A DNA stretch of 64,000 nt. Origin: Adineta vaga (taxonomy: Eukaryota; Animalia; Rotifera). Of the stretch, positions 1 to 13,631 are shown piece by piece. The stretch lies in contig CP075493.1 in assembly GCA_021613535.1 (NCBI GenBank), forward strand, positions 15,624,001-15,688,000, written 5' to 3'. A program made the position numbers and the translations under genes. Position 1 is the first letter of the stretch, and each line of letters opens with the position of its first letter. The notes beneath the pieces were generated by a model. The model did no database searches, was not told where the DNA came from, and saw nothing but the letters and a program-made list of their open reading frames with translations.

Positions 1-650
1 TTTTCTTTATAATTATCCATTTGTTGATCGATATCTAAATTCATTTGTCGAATTAATCCTGTATGAATATCAATAATCCAAGTAACATTCCATCGTTTAT
101 TTCCAATTAAACCATTTAAACAGAAACCATTTCGACCTTGAATTGTCGCTTGATTTTGAACATGATTAATATATGTTAATTCATAATTAATTTCAAAAGC
201 ACCGCCAGCCATTACAACAGACCATTTTTGTCCTTCATAAAACTTTAAATCCGGTGTCATTAAACTCTCCGGTGTTGGAAAAAGCATCCATTTATAACCA
301 TTTGGATTATCACGAGATCGAAAATCACCGAATAATGTTTGTTGAATTAAACGATCAAAATATGGTCGTTTTAATAAACGATTTGATTCTGTTTGATTCA
401 TTGGATCTAATTGAACTTTAAGATTAGTTATATGAATCATTGTTTTGTTTATTTCAACAATGTTTTCAATACTATGAATTTCACGTTGATGAATAAGACG
501 ATTTTCGTTTGCAAGATCATAACGAGTTTCAATCGTATGATAAATACTTCGATAATTCAATTGAGGACGAAATTTTAAATCGACTGGCATTTTTGATCCA
601 TGTTGAAGAATTCCAAATAAAAAATAATATTGTAAAGGACCATCTAACAT
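1..650 (-). CDS. Hypothetical protein, 5' part (runs off the left edge)
   Basis: Manual translation from ATG at 650 (MLDGPLQYYFLFGILQHGSKMPVDLKFRPQLNYR...) stays open for >210 codons to the window edge; no motif recognised. Confidence 0.55.
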   Translation of the reverse strand, partial: MLDGPLQYYFLFGILQHGSKMPVDLKFRPQLNYRSIYHTIETRYDLANENRLIHQREIHSIENIVEINKTMIHITNLKVQLDPMNQTESNRLLKRPYFDRLIQQTLFGDFRSRDNPNGYKWMLFPTPESLMTPDLKFYEGQKWSVVMAGGAFEINYELTYINHVQNQATIQGRNGFCLNGLIGNKRWNVTWIIDIHTGLIRQMNLDIDQQMDNYKE

Positions 651-2040
651 AATTTTAGTGAAAAATTCAATATTCTGTTCTGTATGTAATCGTACAAGAA
701 TGGAAGAAAACGTTCGAACACATTAAACAATCACCATGGAATCATTTTTGTCACAGAAGAAAAGAATTCTTAAGAAACATGTGTTACATTGTTTCAAAAT
801 GATTGAGAGAAGAGAAAGTATAATCTCTTTCATCTAATCATATTCGAATGTTTAAGTAAATCTCATAACTATTTGCGTGTCAAACTATATTAATCTTTTA
901 TTTTCATTCATTATTGTCTTATCGAAGTTTATAAGAACGTGATATAATGTCAGTATTTCAAATAGTTACTTATCTCAAAGTTATAGAAACGTTTGTATTC
1001 AAACAAGTTCTTTTCTGTTTAATGTTCAAAGGTAATGTAGTATGTTTGAGTATTGATCATTGTCTAGAACATTCAAAGGATAAATTCTTTGTATTTTACC
1101 ACAGAATACATTCAAACTATAAACTATAAATATGAACGACTAAGCGTGGATTTGAGGAGCTTATTGTTAGTGCTTCTGAACCGGTCAAAATATTTGATTT
1201 ATAAGCGAAAATAATTCTTTGTGAGGAATTGAACGGAACCGAATCTATTGAGTAAGAACTGATTATAATCAAACCTTATGTTACTTATTCGTATGATACA
1301 AGCACTTAAGAATTCCCTATTTCAAAAATATATTATTCTTTGAAATAGTGGTAGCTGGAGATGATTTCAACTATGTGTCATTACCCTCAATACTTGAGTT
1401 AATGTTTTTTTTTAAATATTGTAACGTCAATAAATATTCACAAGAAATAATGAATACAAAACTATATTTAATGATAAGGGGAATATTGTCCGAAGTCATG
1501 ATTTTTTAAAGTATATGAATGTACAGAAAAGTGTCCGTGAATTTACCGAATGAGCGTTACTAGTTATCATAATTCATCAAAATAGATTTAACCAAAAACC
1601 TGAAATAGCTTGTAGAGAAGATGTTATGTTCATACTGAACTTGGCGAAACACATGAGTTTAGAAACACGATTATACTACGAGAAAGAATCCTCGAACGAG
1701 TGTTATTTGTTTAAATGATAATAAACTAATTTTTTTTAGTTTCAAAAGGATCAATGAGAGTAATCATGCGTATGTCATAAACTCAGTTATAAAAGTGCAT
1801 TTTTTATTCAAGTGAGCGAGTTCTTTTTTTCTCAAATGTTGAGATTTATAGAAATGATAAATCTTTTTCTTGTTAGATCGTCATAGAAACTTGAATAATA
1901 TAATAAAAGAAGAAATTGAATTTATTTTTCTGTAGTTGAGTATCTCGTTGTTATATACTTGTTTATTCAATTCTCAGTTTTCATGAAAGATTTTTTCAAT
2001 CGATGAGTTAATATCTTTCAGATATTTATTTGTTAATGAA

Positions 2041-2949
2041 ATGAATTCATCAATTATAACCGGTGAATATTGGTTTATTCCACTTGATATCTTATCAATT
2101 CTATGTATTCTAATCGTTATAATCTTATCGTTAATCTATTTCATAATAATAATATTTGATAAAACTTGTCATACAATTGCAATGATGTTAATTGGTAATT
2201 CATGTTTAATATCATTTTTAAGTGGATGTTGTATATTAAATTTAAATCTATTTACATTACAAAATGATATCAAACAAATTTCATATGAAGATTCATTATG
2301 TGTAGTTCGTGGTTATACAACATATGTTTCATGTTGTGCATTTAATTATTCATTTTTAATTCAATCATTATATCGTTATATAAAAGTACTTTATCCAAAT
2401 TTTATTTTTTATCAAACATTAAAATGTCAATTGTTAATGATTTGTTTGATTTGGATATTTAGTTTTACATTTCCATTAATATTTATATTTCGAAATGAAA
2501 TTATATACAATGAAGATAATCAGATATGTCAAATACCATTTCAATTCTCATTTTCAATTCTTTATCTTGTTCATTGTGCTTATTTAATACCTGTTTTAAG
2601 TATTATGTTTATTTATTTAAAATTAATTCGATTTGTTAAACAAATAAGTCAACGTGTTAAAACTGGTAATATATTAATACGTGCTCGACGAGAATTAAAA
2701 ATGGTTCAACATACAGTTATTATAATAACAATATTAATTATTCTTTGTTTGCCATATGCGGCTTTTATTTTTATGTCGTTTTTTACTCCTCCACCGAAAT
2801 ATCATTTTCGAATTTCTTATATTTTTGCAGAAATTTCATTAGTTTGTGTTATGATTACATTATTTTATTTTACTGAACCAATTAAAAATTCTCTTTTGAA
2901 AAAAATTCGAAAACGACCAAGAACTATGGAAGTATTACCTAGGGTATAA
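2041..2949 (+). CDS. Orphan rhodopsin-like (class A) 7TM GPCR, intronless
   Basis: 302 aa with seven hydrophobic segments, TM3 Cys (LCVVRGY), DRY-like SLYRY, TM4 Trp, TM6 LCLPY. Confidence 0.85.
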   Translation: MNSSIITGEYWFIPLDILSILCILIVIILSLIYFIIIIFDKTCHTIAMMLIGNSCLISFLSGCCILNLNLFTLQNDIKQISYEDSLCVVRGYTTYVSCCAFNYSFLIQSLYRYIKVLYPNFIFYQTLKCQLLMICLIWIFSFTFPLIFIFRNEIIYNEDNQICQIPFQFSFSILYLVHCAYLIPVLSIMFIYLKLIRFVKQISQRVKTGNILIRARRELKMVQHTVIIITILIILCLPYAAFIFMSFFTPPPKYHFRISYIFAEISLVCVMITLFYFTEPIKNSLLKKIRKRPRTMEVLPRV

Positions 2950-3348
2950 TGACATATATAGGAAATTATTTCAATCGAAAAGGATTTTGTGATTATCAAG
3001 AAACAATGCAAATGTTAACAATTCTCATCGAATTAGTTTAGTTGAGAAAAATCAACGAGAATTCGTCAAAATTAACAAGTTACGCGTCGATCCTTTGGAC
3101 CTCGCTCGATTCAATCCTGAAAAATGACAACATTAGACCACTAATCACACGATTTAGTGAGATTAAGCAATTGAAGAAAGTTATTATACGAACACTACTC
3201 ACGTCAGATCGTATTCGTATACTTTGTTTTCGGTAAATAAATATCGTTCTCTATTGTTATAACAAATGTTTCAATAGTTTTCTTTTACAGACATCAGTGA
3301 GAAAGCCATGTCACGAGGCTTTGCGCAAGTTGATCGATCATCTTTATA

Positions 3349-3920
3349 TTAGGTGGTCCATGAAGTTGAAGGGAAGCTTCGTCGAACAATACGACCATTG
3401 AGAGGCTGCGTCTCACGATAGTTGCTTGCGACGAAATTTGTACGAAAACGATTGAATGAAGTATCGCGTAATTCTATGGCACTTGAGACAAGCAACCAAA
3501 TGATGCGTTCGGTGCAAGGTGACGTTGTCAAACCTCCAAAATAGTGAACAAATCGGTCTTTCTTTCCTATCATAAACGATGACAATCCGCCTTGAATTGC
3601 TATATAAGTATTGTTCATAAAGTTTTGTAGAAGGAATTCTCAACTATTCGTTTTATCATCCTTTTCTTCTGATTGAGAATCAGCAAAAGTAAAGAAATAA
3701 GCAAAAACGGCTGTCTCATTTGTATTCAAGTTTCTGTGAATATGTTCGGATTGTGGCCAATGAAGATGAACACTCTCAAATGTAAATGTGCCTGATAAAC
3801 AACCACCAGTAACCACTAAAGTTCTCGGTGCAACAAGGATTGGCGTCATTGAAATTGTTTGACCTTGTTGATTTGATATTTAAAATACCGTTGGTTGCCG
3901 ATAGTCGCGAGAAAAAACAA
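3349..3920 (-). pseudogene. Degenerate alpha-carbonic anhydrase
   Basis: Motifs VHLHWPQSEH, HYFGGLTTSPCTERIIW and NYRETQPLNGR split over two frames (stop at 3640); the segment carrying the third Zn-ligand (ExH) appears deleted. 5' boundary approximate. Confidence 0.7.
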
Positions 3921-5097
3921 ACGAAGGATATGTGGTATAGGTGGTCTGAGACAGATTGACAAAGATAGGTGATTGAGATTTTCCATTTTGACATATTGTA
4001 CTCTCTTCATACGGTAATATGAATGCCTGTAAATTAGAAACTCTAATCAACTGCGTTCCAGTGCATGCAAAGAAAAAGTATTAGAAGCCAACAACTAGAC
4101 TAACACATTGCTCTTCTCTCTCACTGCACCACGAACCGCCCATGTAAAGAAAAGTAATAATAGAGATAGCTACTACTCTATATTCAAAATGAAAGCAAAT
4201 GTGAAATCACCCTACTTATTTTATGTCAAAATTTATGCCACCTGATGATAGACGCTTTAGCAAGGTCAAAAATATAGTCGTGGTAGCTATATCTTTATAC
4301 ACACCCACACCCCTTAAAAAAAACGATTTTCGCAGAGAGTCCTTAGAGACTGGATTACCATTTTTAGCAGTAGTTTCCATTTTTGCTAGCCTAGAATCCC
4401 ACAAGGACTGATCCTGATCTAACAAAATTTCTTGGCGCTGCCTCTAGTTTCTCTCTGCATGTAAAAAAATTGCTGTAGGTATGTGTGTAATATCTGAAAT
4501 TCATTCGTTTTAGTTTAAAAAACGTCGGGAATCCGCACAGATCTCAATCATGTCTAAATAAGAGCAAAAAACATCTGTCGCATGTTTGCATTGTTGACGA
4601 CTTACTTTATGTGTGCTTCCGCTTTGTGAAAAAAGTGATATCGCGAAAATCTCATTTTTCTCTACACCTTCGCATTCTTTCATTTTCTGTGGGAAGCGAT
4701 GACGCGCGAGCTTTCTTCCTGCGTCACACAGCATCACTCTAGTAGAACGACTACATGGATATAAATGATTTATTTGAGTCTCCCTATGAAACTATGACTT
4801 TCTCTACTTCGCATAGAACTATGATTATTTTCGATTTGATACAAATGTCTGATAAGATAAAAGCTTGTGAAAAAAATATCGGCGAGAAGGCGTTTTTCTT
4901 GCCAAATATATGCTGTATGAATCAGCTAGAGAATCAAATAAATTCTCAAACTCATGCATTTACAAGTTAACATTTCTATTTTCCTATCTTGAGCGGAAAC
5001 AGCAATGTATGACATTTGCTCCTGATAAAGCTCTGTAACAGCACTTTAAAAAAGTAGCACTGAACTTGCGATCTTCTTCATTCTCGTTGAAGAAACA

Positions 5098-8000
5098 ATG
5101 ATACAAGCCGCTGTTGTTATCGCTCGGCAAAGTAAGAAATATCTTGCTGAATTGAATTTGTTTGTCGATCAGGCCTGTCAATCAGACCCATATCATTTGC
5201 GCACGATGATCATTTCTACTCGTGCATATATTCTTCTTCTGGCAGCATCTGTCATCATTCTTGTCGTATTCACGTCGCTGGGCACTCAATCTCAAACAAT
5301 TAACAAGCGACACCCATCTCAAGCTGACTATGAAATATTACTCGACACATATCGGAACTCACTATCATGTCCATGCCGTCACGTCACTATTCCATATGGC
5401 AACTTTACTTCGACGACTGTCGACTACCACCCTGTGTGTTCGAGTATGTTCGTTTCTGATGACTGGATCAAGTATCTTTTCAGTCCTAACATTGGAAGTT
5501 TATATCAAGGTGATTTTCGTGCATCGGCTAGTAGTTATTTTCAACTACTTGCCGCGTTCTGTTTACACGCTAATAGATCAATACACGATACACTCACCGA
5601 TTTTCATCAGGAAACTCTTCTCACTCCCAATGTTCTTCTACAGGACTCATTCAACACTACAGTTCAAGCAAGGAGTGAATTCCTGAAATTATCAATAGCC
5701 AACAGTGTTAGTCAACTGCTTCAGCTCATTGGGAGCATGACCAATGCTAATGAATTGCAGACGGCAATACAAACGTCCAAAATACTCTTAAAAAAAGGCA
5801 CTGTTGCAAGCCTTGAACATGTATGGTTTCGTTCTGTCGAGCCACCGAATTGCTTTTGTGGGGCTTTGACTTCCTGCTCTAGGACATCTGCTTTCTTTAA
5901 TGTTGGTGATCATGAAATCAAGCAAGTAATTTTACATTTACTGGAAGACAACCGTAGAGGAAATGCGACTGGATTTTTTATAGGATGCACCGTAGTCCAG
6001 TCCCTACTCCTGTCAACACTCGAGTGTTTATTCGACTGGTCATGTCTCAGGAATATACGTACATACAGTTCATCCGGCAACATCTCCGACATCTATCCTC
6101 TTAACATAAGACAAACCCGCTTTACTTTGAACACGTCCATTGAAACAATTATCCACAAACTATTCATCGAAAAGTGGTCGACAGAACAGTCGTTCTCAGC
6201 GTATTTTGAACAATGTGCTCCTCTTCTGTGTACATACACATTTGTAGCACACAATAGTGCCCTGTATGCGATGACCAAATTGTTGGGTATCTATGGTGGG
6301 CTGACTGCCGCTCTTCGTCTGTTCGTTCCATATATTATCAGTTTGTGGCGCAAAAGAAAGATCAATTTGGGTGAGTACCGGTATCGGAAGAGTCCTCTCC
6401 GAGTCCTTCGGAAACTTTAGAACTCCTTCGAACACACGCAATTACGCTTGACTTTCCATTTATGAGGCTCTTTGATTCATTCCTGCGCCAGAGAATTTCA
6501 ACTTCGTAGCTTCTGATTTGGATTAATTATCTTGACTATTTTTTATCTTGAGACTGAGAGTGTGAGGTTGTGGGATCAAGGGACTCATGGAATCCAATAA
6601 ATCACTCTTAAGACAGAATGCTAAAAAAGTAAACTGGGTATGTGCCACTTCTGGACTTGTAGGAATGCCGTTTTTTTCTAATTCTGAAAGGGATAATCTT
6701 CACAGCGTTCAATATTTACATATTTGTATACATTTTTATTGGTTGACACTAACTAGCTAATCAGTAATGAATTTAGACACGGAAGACGAATTCGTACTCT
6801 TAAATTATTATTCTCTATGCAGAATTGACTGAAGCGAGAGACAATACATAACTATGCTGTTTTGTGTTTTTAGTCGGTTCTAAAATGCAATGTCTTCGAA
6901 GAGCATGGCAATCGATACGAATCAAGGTGATCGGATTGAATATATTCAAGTCTGCGACAATGCGCACAGATCCCTTCGAACTTACTACCTTAAGGATCTC
7001 GACTTGGATTTTTCTCGTTCTGTTGTGCTTATCGACCATTGTTATTGTTCTTTATACTGGGTTAAGTGTTCGAATCCAAAATGTCGCCGTTAAAAATCTT
7101 TCAGAAGCCGTTGTGGCAGACTTACTGGAAAAGCATTCAAGTTCCGTTGAATGTCCATGTACTCGAATCGATATTCGACATGAACGATTCATATCACTAT
7201 CTCCTCGGTTTCATCCAGTATGTAGGAGCACGTTCATATCCGATGAGTGGATAGACGCTCTATTTGATAGACAGATTGGCTCCTCGACCATAAACATTGC
7301 TACAGATTTCTTCAGAACCGGATATAAATATTTCGCCATTCTATCTTCTATCTGCGCACACGTGAATACGACCGTGTCGAATGCATCTTTGATTTTCAGT
7401 CAATCATCGTTAATCAGTAATAAAATCTTATCCTCTGCCGAATTGATGGCTCGTGCAAAGCAGATACTCGAGCAATTCGAATCGAACACAGTGGCCGAGT
7501 TCAAACGTAATCTTGCACTGATTCGGTTTCAAACAATGACGATGTATACATCGGGATACACTGATGTCTCTTGGAACATTTCTCTTTCGTTTACCGTTGA
7601 CGGGCCATTAATCTATTTTCAATCAGTACCAGTCCATAAAGGCAGCTGCTCGTGTGCACTAAGCGACGAATGCAGAGAGCAAGTGGTTCTGTATAATTAT
7701 ACTGATACTGATTACCATGAACAATTCAGTGTGCTATTCAATATTCCTAACATGTTTGCGAGTTGTTCTCACATTCAATCAGTTTTCAAATCGTCACTTG
7801 AATGCTTTTTCAATAAAACATGTTTTGATTATGTGAAAAAAAGAATAGATAAAGTTAAACCTATAGTAGTAGGTGTGCACAAGCCGGTGAACGTATCCGT
7901 ATTGCAGACGAATTGGACACGGTATCATCCTAGCACGCCTATGGAAGAAATTATCAACAAAATGATGATCGAGACATGGGGTGAGGTGATCGATTACAGT

Positions 8001-10198
8001 CAATATTATAAGCAATGTGCACCCGAACTATGTTCTTACTTTTTGACATCGCGCAACGATGGACTGTATGTATTCACCACAATGATTGGCTTGTTCGGCG
8101 GACTCTCAGTTGCCTTCAGAATTATCGTTCCACTTATCGTTGGCTGGATACGAAATAGGATGTATCCTAGGATCGAAAGAGATAATATAATAAGTAAGTC
8201 ATTGTGAAAAAAAGGAAGCTACCCAGGAAGCAACTTCTATATGTAATCACTCGATTTCTGAGCAAGTTCAAGTCACGAAAATCGCCGCGATTTTGCTGAT
8301 TTCTGAAAAAGTAGTGAGCCCTAAGTGAAGTTCTTGGTGCGAGTACTTGCTACACGTAATGAAGCAAGTAGATGTTTGTCAATAAAGTATGAAAGAGTGT
8401 ATCATTCGTTATTCTCCTATGCAGTATAGTATTTATCTCACATAACATTTTCGTAATCGAAGCAATCGATGTGATTTCAATAGCTTCCTGTTCGAGTGAT
8501 ACTGGTAGCCATATGATGTCCAAAACAGCTCATAATACAACAGTTTCATTGTAGAATAATTGCATTTATCAGTTCACAGTAAAAGCCGACTATTTCGGCT
8601 GTAAAACTAGTCGCTCTGAAGTCAGAAATAGATCGTTCGATTTTTGCCTATACTTTGTAATAGGTGAAAATTGAAGTCAATGCTCATAGAAGGACAACAT
8701 TAGACTATTAAAATTTTTATCCTTTTCTAACGTGCTTTCTGGCTGAAATAAATAAGATTATGAATTAGAAATATGTTCGCAGAAAAACTTTCTCAAAGAG
8801 TGTATCGGTATGTCAAGAAAGAGATCGCTTGTCAATACTATGTAGAAAATATATTAGGTTGACTGGTTTTTAATTTTAGATCCTCCTACAGTGTGTGAAC
8901 GTGTTCATCGTCTCTGGCTCTTTATCAAGACGAAAATGGTCGAACTGAACTTGTTTGAAAGCGAAGCATCATGGAATGATGACCATCGTCGTCATTATGA
9001 GATTATTTCCACTCGACTATATCTTCTTCTGCTGACATTTGCCGTCATTATTGTCATTGTTTATACTACAGCGAGCGTTCAAAATCAAGTGATCGCAGTG
9101 GAATCTCCATCTCAAGCAACTTTCGAACGACTTGCATCTAATCCACAATACTCGACTACACTCGACTGTCCGTGTGAGAACATTTCCATTCCATATAGTT
9201 CGTTCACGTCGATCTCTTATTCCTACCATCCACTTTGTACAAGTGACTTTGTTGCTGAGAATTCTCGGTGGATCGATCTTGTGTATCACAGTCCGAGCAC
9301 GGTCACATATTCATTTGACGACTATCGTCTTTTTGTCACATCTCATTTTCGACTGCTTGCCTATTTGTGCACTCTAACCAACGATACACTCACCGATGCC
9401 TTGTCTATTTTCCAGTCAAATACACTGGTCAATAAACGAGCACAGTCTCGTGAAGCTGTTGAAACACAGCTAAATGCTACTATCAATCAGTTTCGATCAT
9501 CGACACCACAAAAATTTGTACGTATGCTCGACTTTATACAGGAGATGGCTCAAGGCAATAGACTAGTCTCGTCGATTTACTCCAATTGGCATGTACTACC
9601 GCTAGAGTTTTCCAGGACATTTGCGTTTTTCGGACCCCGATCGTATGGTACCAACAGCTGTTCATGCGGCACAAGTTCAACGTGCACGTCTTCGGCAGCC
9701 ATTGATCGACAGATTGTACCTGGTTTTCTTGTGGGATGTCATCCGCTCGAATCTCTTCTTCAATCAACTCTCGAATGTCTTTATAATGAGACATGCATCA
9801 ACAGATTAATAAACACGAATAAATCTTCGAATAGAACGATTCGTCCTCTGAATTCTAAGCTTTCTTCTCCTAACGTCACTGTTCAATCTCTTGTCAATGT
9901 ACTTATGGTTGCTAAATGGAAATCAGATATCACCTATGAGCCTTACTATTCGACATGTGCACCTCTTTCATGTACTTATGTAGTCAATCAGCAAACCAAT
10001 CTAATATATATAATCACTAGTGTTATTGGTCTCTATGGTGGATTGAGTGTCGTGCTACAACTTATCGCTCCTGTCCTGGTCAAAATAGCCCGATATTTGA
10101 TCATGTGTCGCCGACAGCGAATCGCGCCAGTGGTAATCGGTATTTCTGATCATGAACGAATCAACGCGAAGAACACTGCAGAAATAAGAGACGAATAA
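5098..10198 (+). CDS. ~1303-aa protein of three tandem two-TM, Cys-rich modules (exons 5098-6370, 6874-8193, 8880-10198)
   Basis: The three ORFs share LN(L/I)F...STR/W-TM1, CPC, HP(V/L)CxSxF, CxC, S(T/S)LEC, CAPxxCxY, G(I/L)(Y/F)GGL-TM2. Donors gtgagt (6371) and gtaagt (8194) and acceptors tttag (6873, 8879) are all phase 1 and join in frame. Confidence 0.8.
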
Positions 10199-10494
10199 TT
10201 GATCGATTCACTCGTTATTGTCAACGCTTTCTTGTTTGTCTAAATGTTCCTACTGTTGCTTCTTGTTTATTTGAAAACGATTTTTTGTCAACCGTGAAGA
10301 CTACTTGTACAGTTCGGAGGAAAAGTAGGTATCTCCAAGGGAGAGCAGGGTTGTAACCGGTCCGGTTCGATCGGTTGAGAAACTTTTCAGATCGCTAAAA
10401 ATCGGCCGATATGTTAGATCATTGACTGTTTATAAAACGAGAAACTTCCAAAACATCCATCTGAATATTCTTTACTCACTTTTTTAAATTAATA

Positions 10495-10558
10495 TTCAAG
10501 GGTGGACGTGAGTGTCTATCTATTTTCTGGCATCCACACCCTCACCCACACCCTCAAG
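10495..10558. repeat. Short MITE-like element with GGGTG/CACCC-rich inverted ends
   Basis: ttcaagggtggacgtgag...cacccacaccctcaag; related copies at 15793, 51818 and 52631. Confidence 0.45.
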
Positions 10559-10937
10559 ATAAAATATATCCAAATAATGTTGGTATTGATTTCATAATTG
10601 AACAAAGAAGAATAAATATAATAATAGCTTCAAATGGTCCTATAACCAAAGATAATGTATAATTTCAAATTTTTCATATCATTAGCTATTAAATTAATCA
10701 TTTGTCTTGTATTTATTTGTTGAGATAATGTAGATTTGTCAGATCGGTTTACAATAACGTCATCATTATCAATCTGTGGATAAGACAGATGGTTTATGAT
10801 CTTAGATGAAGAAAGTATAGTATTTATTTGACATCTGATAGATGAGAATTTTATATAAGTTCGGAAACAGACAATTTATTATTTAGATAAATACAATACG
10901 AGATTACAACATGCAGCTGTTAGTCAGATATAAATAA

Positions 10938-11888
10938 TTAACATAAAATTATTTTCTTGACTTCGTTTCGAAAAGTTTTTGATATGATGAAATTTGCATA
11001 ACAACTAATACAAAATGGAATCGTTCCACTAAATTGACATATATTACTACTAATGGTTTCTAGCTGTGTTCGTTCAGCATTTTTAACATCATTCTGTGTT
11101 ATTTGTTGATAGATGAGATAAAATGCAAATGCAAAACTAAATAATGCATAGATGATAATATCGATCAATAATATTAGGAAAAGTTGATGATCTTTTGATG
11201 AATGAGAATGCTGATTAGATCCTAAAGTTGCAGATAGACTAGCAGCCGGTCTAACTTGTTGAAGACCTCGAATATTCTTAATAGACCATATTCCACATAT
11301 CATCATTAATGAAAGTGCACTTGTTGCTCTGAAAAGTGAAGTATAACTTATGAAAGACAAATAAACACTTGACTGAAAATAACAAATAAATGCATTAGGA
11401 CCAATTTGTATAATATTTGCGAAAACTAATATAGGAGCATGCAAGAATGTCCAAAATAATGTTCCAATAATAATACATATACAAGCAAATCGACGAGTAC
11501 TTCGTCGCCGTGTAAGAGCATTTGGTGAAGTAATCAAAACTCGATCAATAGAAGCGAAAACTAAATAAAGTGGACTTACAACATTGGATAAAATGGTAAT
11601 GTAAAGACGAACACGGCATATAACTATATGACGTGTACTGATATCAATACCATATCCTAGATTCAATGTTGAAGGTACTAATGAAAAATAAATGAATACA
11701 AAATTAGCAAAATTATGAGCAATAAAATAAATTGAGCATGGACTTTTTCTTAGATTCTTTTGATTAAATACAAGTAAATTTAATATACAACCAATAGTAC
11801 CGATAAATATCAATAATGCACTACCAAATTGATATAAATATTTTTGTGCTAGTTGCATTGTAGCGAGTATGTTGGTGGACGAGGACAT
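10938..11888 (-). CDS. Orphan rhodopsin-like GPCR, intronless
   Basis: 316 aa, 7 TM; GCILN in TM1, CRVR, ASIDR (DRY), C-terminal SKTFR helix 8. Confidence 0.87.
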   Translation of the reverse strand: MSSSTNILATMQLAQKYLYQFGSALLIFIGTIGCILNLLVFNQKNLRKSPCSIYFIAHNFANFVFIYFSLVPSTLNLGYGIDISTRHIVICRVRLYITILSNVVSPLYLVFASIDRVLITSPNALTRRRSTRRFACICIIIGTLFWTFLHAPILVFANIIQIGPNAFICYFQSSVYLSFISYTSLFRATSALSLMMICGIWSIKNIRGLQQVRPAASLSATLGSNQHSHSSKDHQLFLILLIDIIIYALFSFAFAFYLIYQQITQNDVKNAERTQLETISSNICQFSGTIPFCISCYANFIISKTFRNEVKKIILC

Positions 11889-12503
11889 GATAACCTTGGA
11901 TGTTTGAGATAGTTAATAAAGTGCGCTTTCTTCAACTGTTGATGTCAAATAAATGAAGTAATCAGAGATGGGAAAAAAACGCGTATTTTGTTTGTGATAA
12001 GAGACTAATGAACAGTGTTGTCAGATCTTCCGGATTTTCCAGAAACATTGCGGATATTCCAACCGTTTCTGACTTTTTTCCAAGTTCCGGATGATTCCAT
12101 ATTTTTGATGATTTTTATTGAAATAAATTTTATTCATTCTAGTCAAAAATATTCTATAAAAAGGAACAACCCCCTTCTCATATTCAGTTTATTAGAGTGA
12201 AAAACTGTAATTCAAACATAGAGAAAATATACATAATTAAACAAAGAACTAATTTAATATTTCTTAATAAATTTTCATAAAATAAAAACTAACTGAAGAA
12301 AAGTCCATCTCCAGTTAGATCAAGTCGTTGAATAATAACATCATCGATTTTAATCTTTACATTATTGGTAATTTGTATTGTATCCTGAAATTGTCGTGTT
12401 CAATTGCATTGTTTGATTTAGTCGTACACACATCTCTTTGAAATTATCGAGATTTTGTTTGATTTAGAGAAGTTTTATTTCATCGTTATGTTAATTTGAA
12501 TGC

Positions 12504-13406
12504 TATGTTTTTGGTCAACAGCCACTTCGTCGACAAACACTTCGTCGATTCACTTTGTCAAATAATTTTCGTCGACAGAACATTTAGTCCAAAAAGTTTT
12601 GTCGACAGTATAGTCCATCGACATTTATTTCAGTCGATGCCGATAGAAGGTGTTCTGTTTTGAATAGCTTACTCATTCTAAAGATAATAATAGTTTAACA
12701 GTTCTTCGCATAAATCGTAGCATTAGTGAACGATGTCTACTCCTGTTTCTCTTCAATCATGGAATGTTTCAAACCTCAGTATTAGAACTAATAATATTGA
12801 TGAGAGTGAGATTTTTCTTGATTTCCGATGTTGTATATAGTTTAAATACATGCAGGATGGCATAAACGTTTTGCCCATCGAATTGAAAAGAAACATCCTA
12901 ACATCTGGCATTTCATAAAAGTTCTCCGAAACGAAGAGGTTTATGTAAAGCAAACTGTTCAACATGTTAAGATGGGAAAAATAAAGAAAAACAGTAATAA
13001 AGGTTGTGAAATACAGCAATGGCTAGATAATTTAATTCATAAATACAATAAAAAAGAAATCACGCTCTATGAGTACCTTGAAGGACTTTCACTTTTGATG
13101 GCTAAAACAAAAGGAGTCATCGTATATATGATCTTCATATCTATTTGCAAATCTTGATATATTTTGTTCTTGTCATTCATTTCTATGTCGTTACTTAGTT
13201 GTCTCTTGGATTAAGTATATTGTGTGATATGTTATTTAAATAAAATTCTCTAAAAACCAACTTGATAGTTTTTATCGTTTCACTTTTTCAACCTTTTTGT
13301 TAGAATATTTAGTTGACGAAATGCAGTGTCGACTAAAATTTTTTGACAATATTCTGTTGACTAACTGACTGTCGACGAAAATTTGTCGACCAAAAACATA
13401 ATTACC
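12504..13406 (+). mobile_element. Internally deleted MULE remnant with GTCGAC-rich subterminal repeats
   Basis: Inverted ends tatgtttttggtc(a/g)aca / tgtcgaccaaaaacata with many gtcgac motifs. Internal residual peptides SWNVSNLSIRTNN and GWHKRFAHRIEKKHPNIWHFI resemble the MULE transposase C-terminus. No TSD identified. Confidence 0.65.
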
Positions 13407-13631
13407 AATGAAACTATCTGTATACTAAACAGTTATATTTCTTGATTATATACAACCTTATTTCTTCGGTGCGGTATTCCTCTTGTTGATATTGTGTGAT
13501 AAAGACAAAAATATGATGTTGAGATCCCCAGTTGTACACTAAGACATAATTTAATACTGATTTTATATAAAAAAAATTATCTTTTCTGTTTCTCTTCTAC
13601 TTTTCAATACGAAAGTTTCTGCTTTTGAATT

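Noticed and set aside
11962-12390. hAT-like termini (cagagatggg, cagtgttgtcagat)
   Set aside because: No matching partner end or TSD could be established.
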